Assembly (NCBI GenBank): GCA_964016885.1
Contig: OZ024754.1
Coordinates: forward strand, 34,782,001-34,846,000
Origin: Eledone cirrhosa
Taxonomy: Eukaryota
Reading direction: 5' to 3'
DNA: 64,000 bases
In this document: in pieces, positions 62,501 to 64,000 of the stretch
How the letters are laid out: the number at the start of each line of letters is the position of its first letter
How positions within the stretch are numbered: position 1 is the stretch's first letter
Notes under the pieces: generated by a model
Database searches by the model: none
Told to the model about the DNA's origin: nothing
The model's input: only the letters and a program-made list of their open reading frames with translations
Position numbers and translations under genes: made by a program

Positions 62501-64000
62501 GAATGTAGATGAAGTGTATATAGAAAGAAACTAAAGAATGTTGATGAAGTGTATATAGAAAGAAACTAAAGAATGTTGATGAAGTGTATATAGAAAGAAA
62601 CTAAAGAATGTAGATGAAGTGTATATAGAAAGAAACTAAAGAATGTAGATGAAGTGTATACAGAAAGAAACTAAAGAATGTTGATTAAGTGTATATAGAA
62701 AGAAACTAAAGAATGTAGATGAAGTGTAAATAGAAAGAAACTAAAGAATGTAGATGAAGTGTATACAGAAAGAAACTAAAGAATGTTGATGAAGTGTATA
62801 CAGAAAGAAACTAAAGAATGTTGATGAAGTGTATACAGAAAGAAACTAAAGAATGTTGATGAAGTGTATACAGAAAGAAACTACAGAATATTAATAAAGT
62901 GTATATAGAAAGAAACTAAAGAATGTAGATGAAGTGTATACAGAAAGAAACTAAATAATGTTGATGAAGTGTATACAGAAAGAAACTACAGAATATTAAT
63001 AAAGTGTATATAGAAAGAAACTAAAGAATGTAGATGAAGTGTATAAAGAAAGAAACTAAAGAATGTTGATGAAGTGTATGCAGAAAGAAACTAAAGAATG
63101 TTGAAGTGTATATAGAAAGAAACTACAGAATGTTGATGAAGTGTATACAGAAAGAAACTAAATAATGTTGATGAAGTGTATACAGAAAGAAACTACAGAA
63201 TATTAATAAAGTGTATATAGAAAGAAACTAAAGAATGTAGATGAAGTGTATACAGAAAGAAACTAAACAATGTTGATGAAGTGTATACAGAAAGAAACTA
63301 AAGAATGTAGATGAAGTGTATATAGAAAGAAACTAAAGAATGTAGATGAAGTGTATATAGAAAGAAACTAAAGAATGTTGATGAAGTGTATATAGAAAGA
63401 AACTAAAGATTGTTGATGAAGTGTATACAGAAAGAAACTAAAGAATGTAGATGAAGTGTATACAGAAAGAAACTAAAGAATGTAGATGAAGTGTATATAG
63501 AAAGAAACTAAAGAATGTAGATGAAGTGTATGCAGAAAGAAACTAAAGAATGTAGATGAAGTGTATATAGAAAGAAACTAAAGAATGTTGATGAAGTGTA
63601 TATAGAAAGAAACTAAAGAATGTAGATGAAGTGTATATAGAAAGAAACTAAAGAATGTAGATGAAGTGTATACAGAAAGAAACTAAAGAATGTAGATGAA
63701 GTGTATACAGAAAGAAACTAAAGAATGTAGATGAAGTGTATATAGAAAGAAACTAAAGAATGTAGATGAAGTGTATACAGAAAGAAACTAAAGAATGTAG
63801 ATGAAGTGTATATAGAAAGAAACTAAAGAATGTTGATGAAGTGTATATAGAAAGAAACTAAAGAATGTAGATGAAGTGTATATAGAAAGAAACTAAAGAA
63901 TGTAGATGAAGTGTATATAGAAAGAAACTAAAGAATGTAGATGAAGTGTATATAGAAAGAAACTAAAGAATGTAGATGAAGTGTATACAGAAAGAAACTA
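44588..64000 (+). repeat. 35-bp satellite array (>19 kb, runs off the window)
   Basis: GAAAGAAACTAAAGAATGT(A/T)GATGAAGTGTATA(T/C)A repeated in tandem. Confidence 0.99.

Noticed and set aside
44588-64000. Telomeric repeat or coding repeat
   Set aside because: No TTAGGG-type unit, and no ORFs of 60 aa or more in the track.

Overview
AT-rich animal genomic DNA; the repeat landscape suggests a mollusc or cephalopod, but this is inference. It holds three spliced housekeeping genes. These are the 5' four exons of MOCS3/UBA4 (minus), a complete 9-exon ZNF830 (minus; intron 1 has U12 minor-spliceosome signals) and MGME1 (plus), which is probably head-to-head with ZNF830. An apparently full-length, intact CR1-type LINE (5233-10218) is inserted in an 11-kb array of a 48-bp satellite. 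Its ORF2 has no AUG before the endonuclease motifs and overlaps ORF1 in the -1 frame at a canonical G_GGA_AAC slippery heptamer, making it a candidate for programmed -1 frameshifting. The 48-bp satellite appears to be an expansion of a tandem module from an RTE LINE 3' UTR. A decayed Penelope-like element carries a GIY-YIG remnant and a well-folded type I hammerhead motif. The last ~21 kb is a 35-bp satellite arranged as inverted arms around a short spacer. SINEs, TTAA- and mariner-type MITEs and minisatellites fill the introns.
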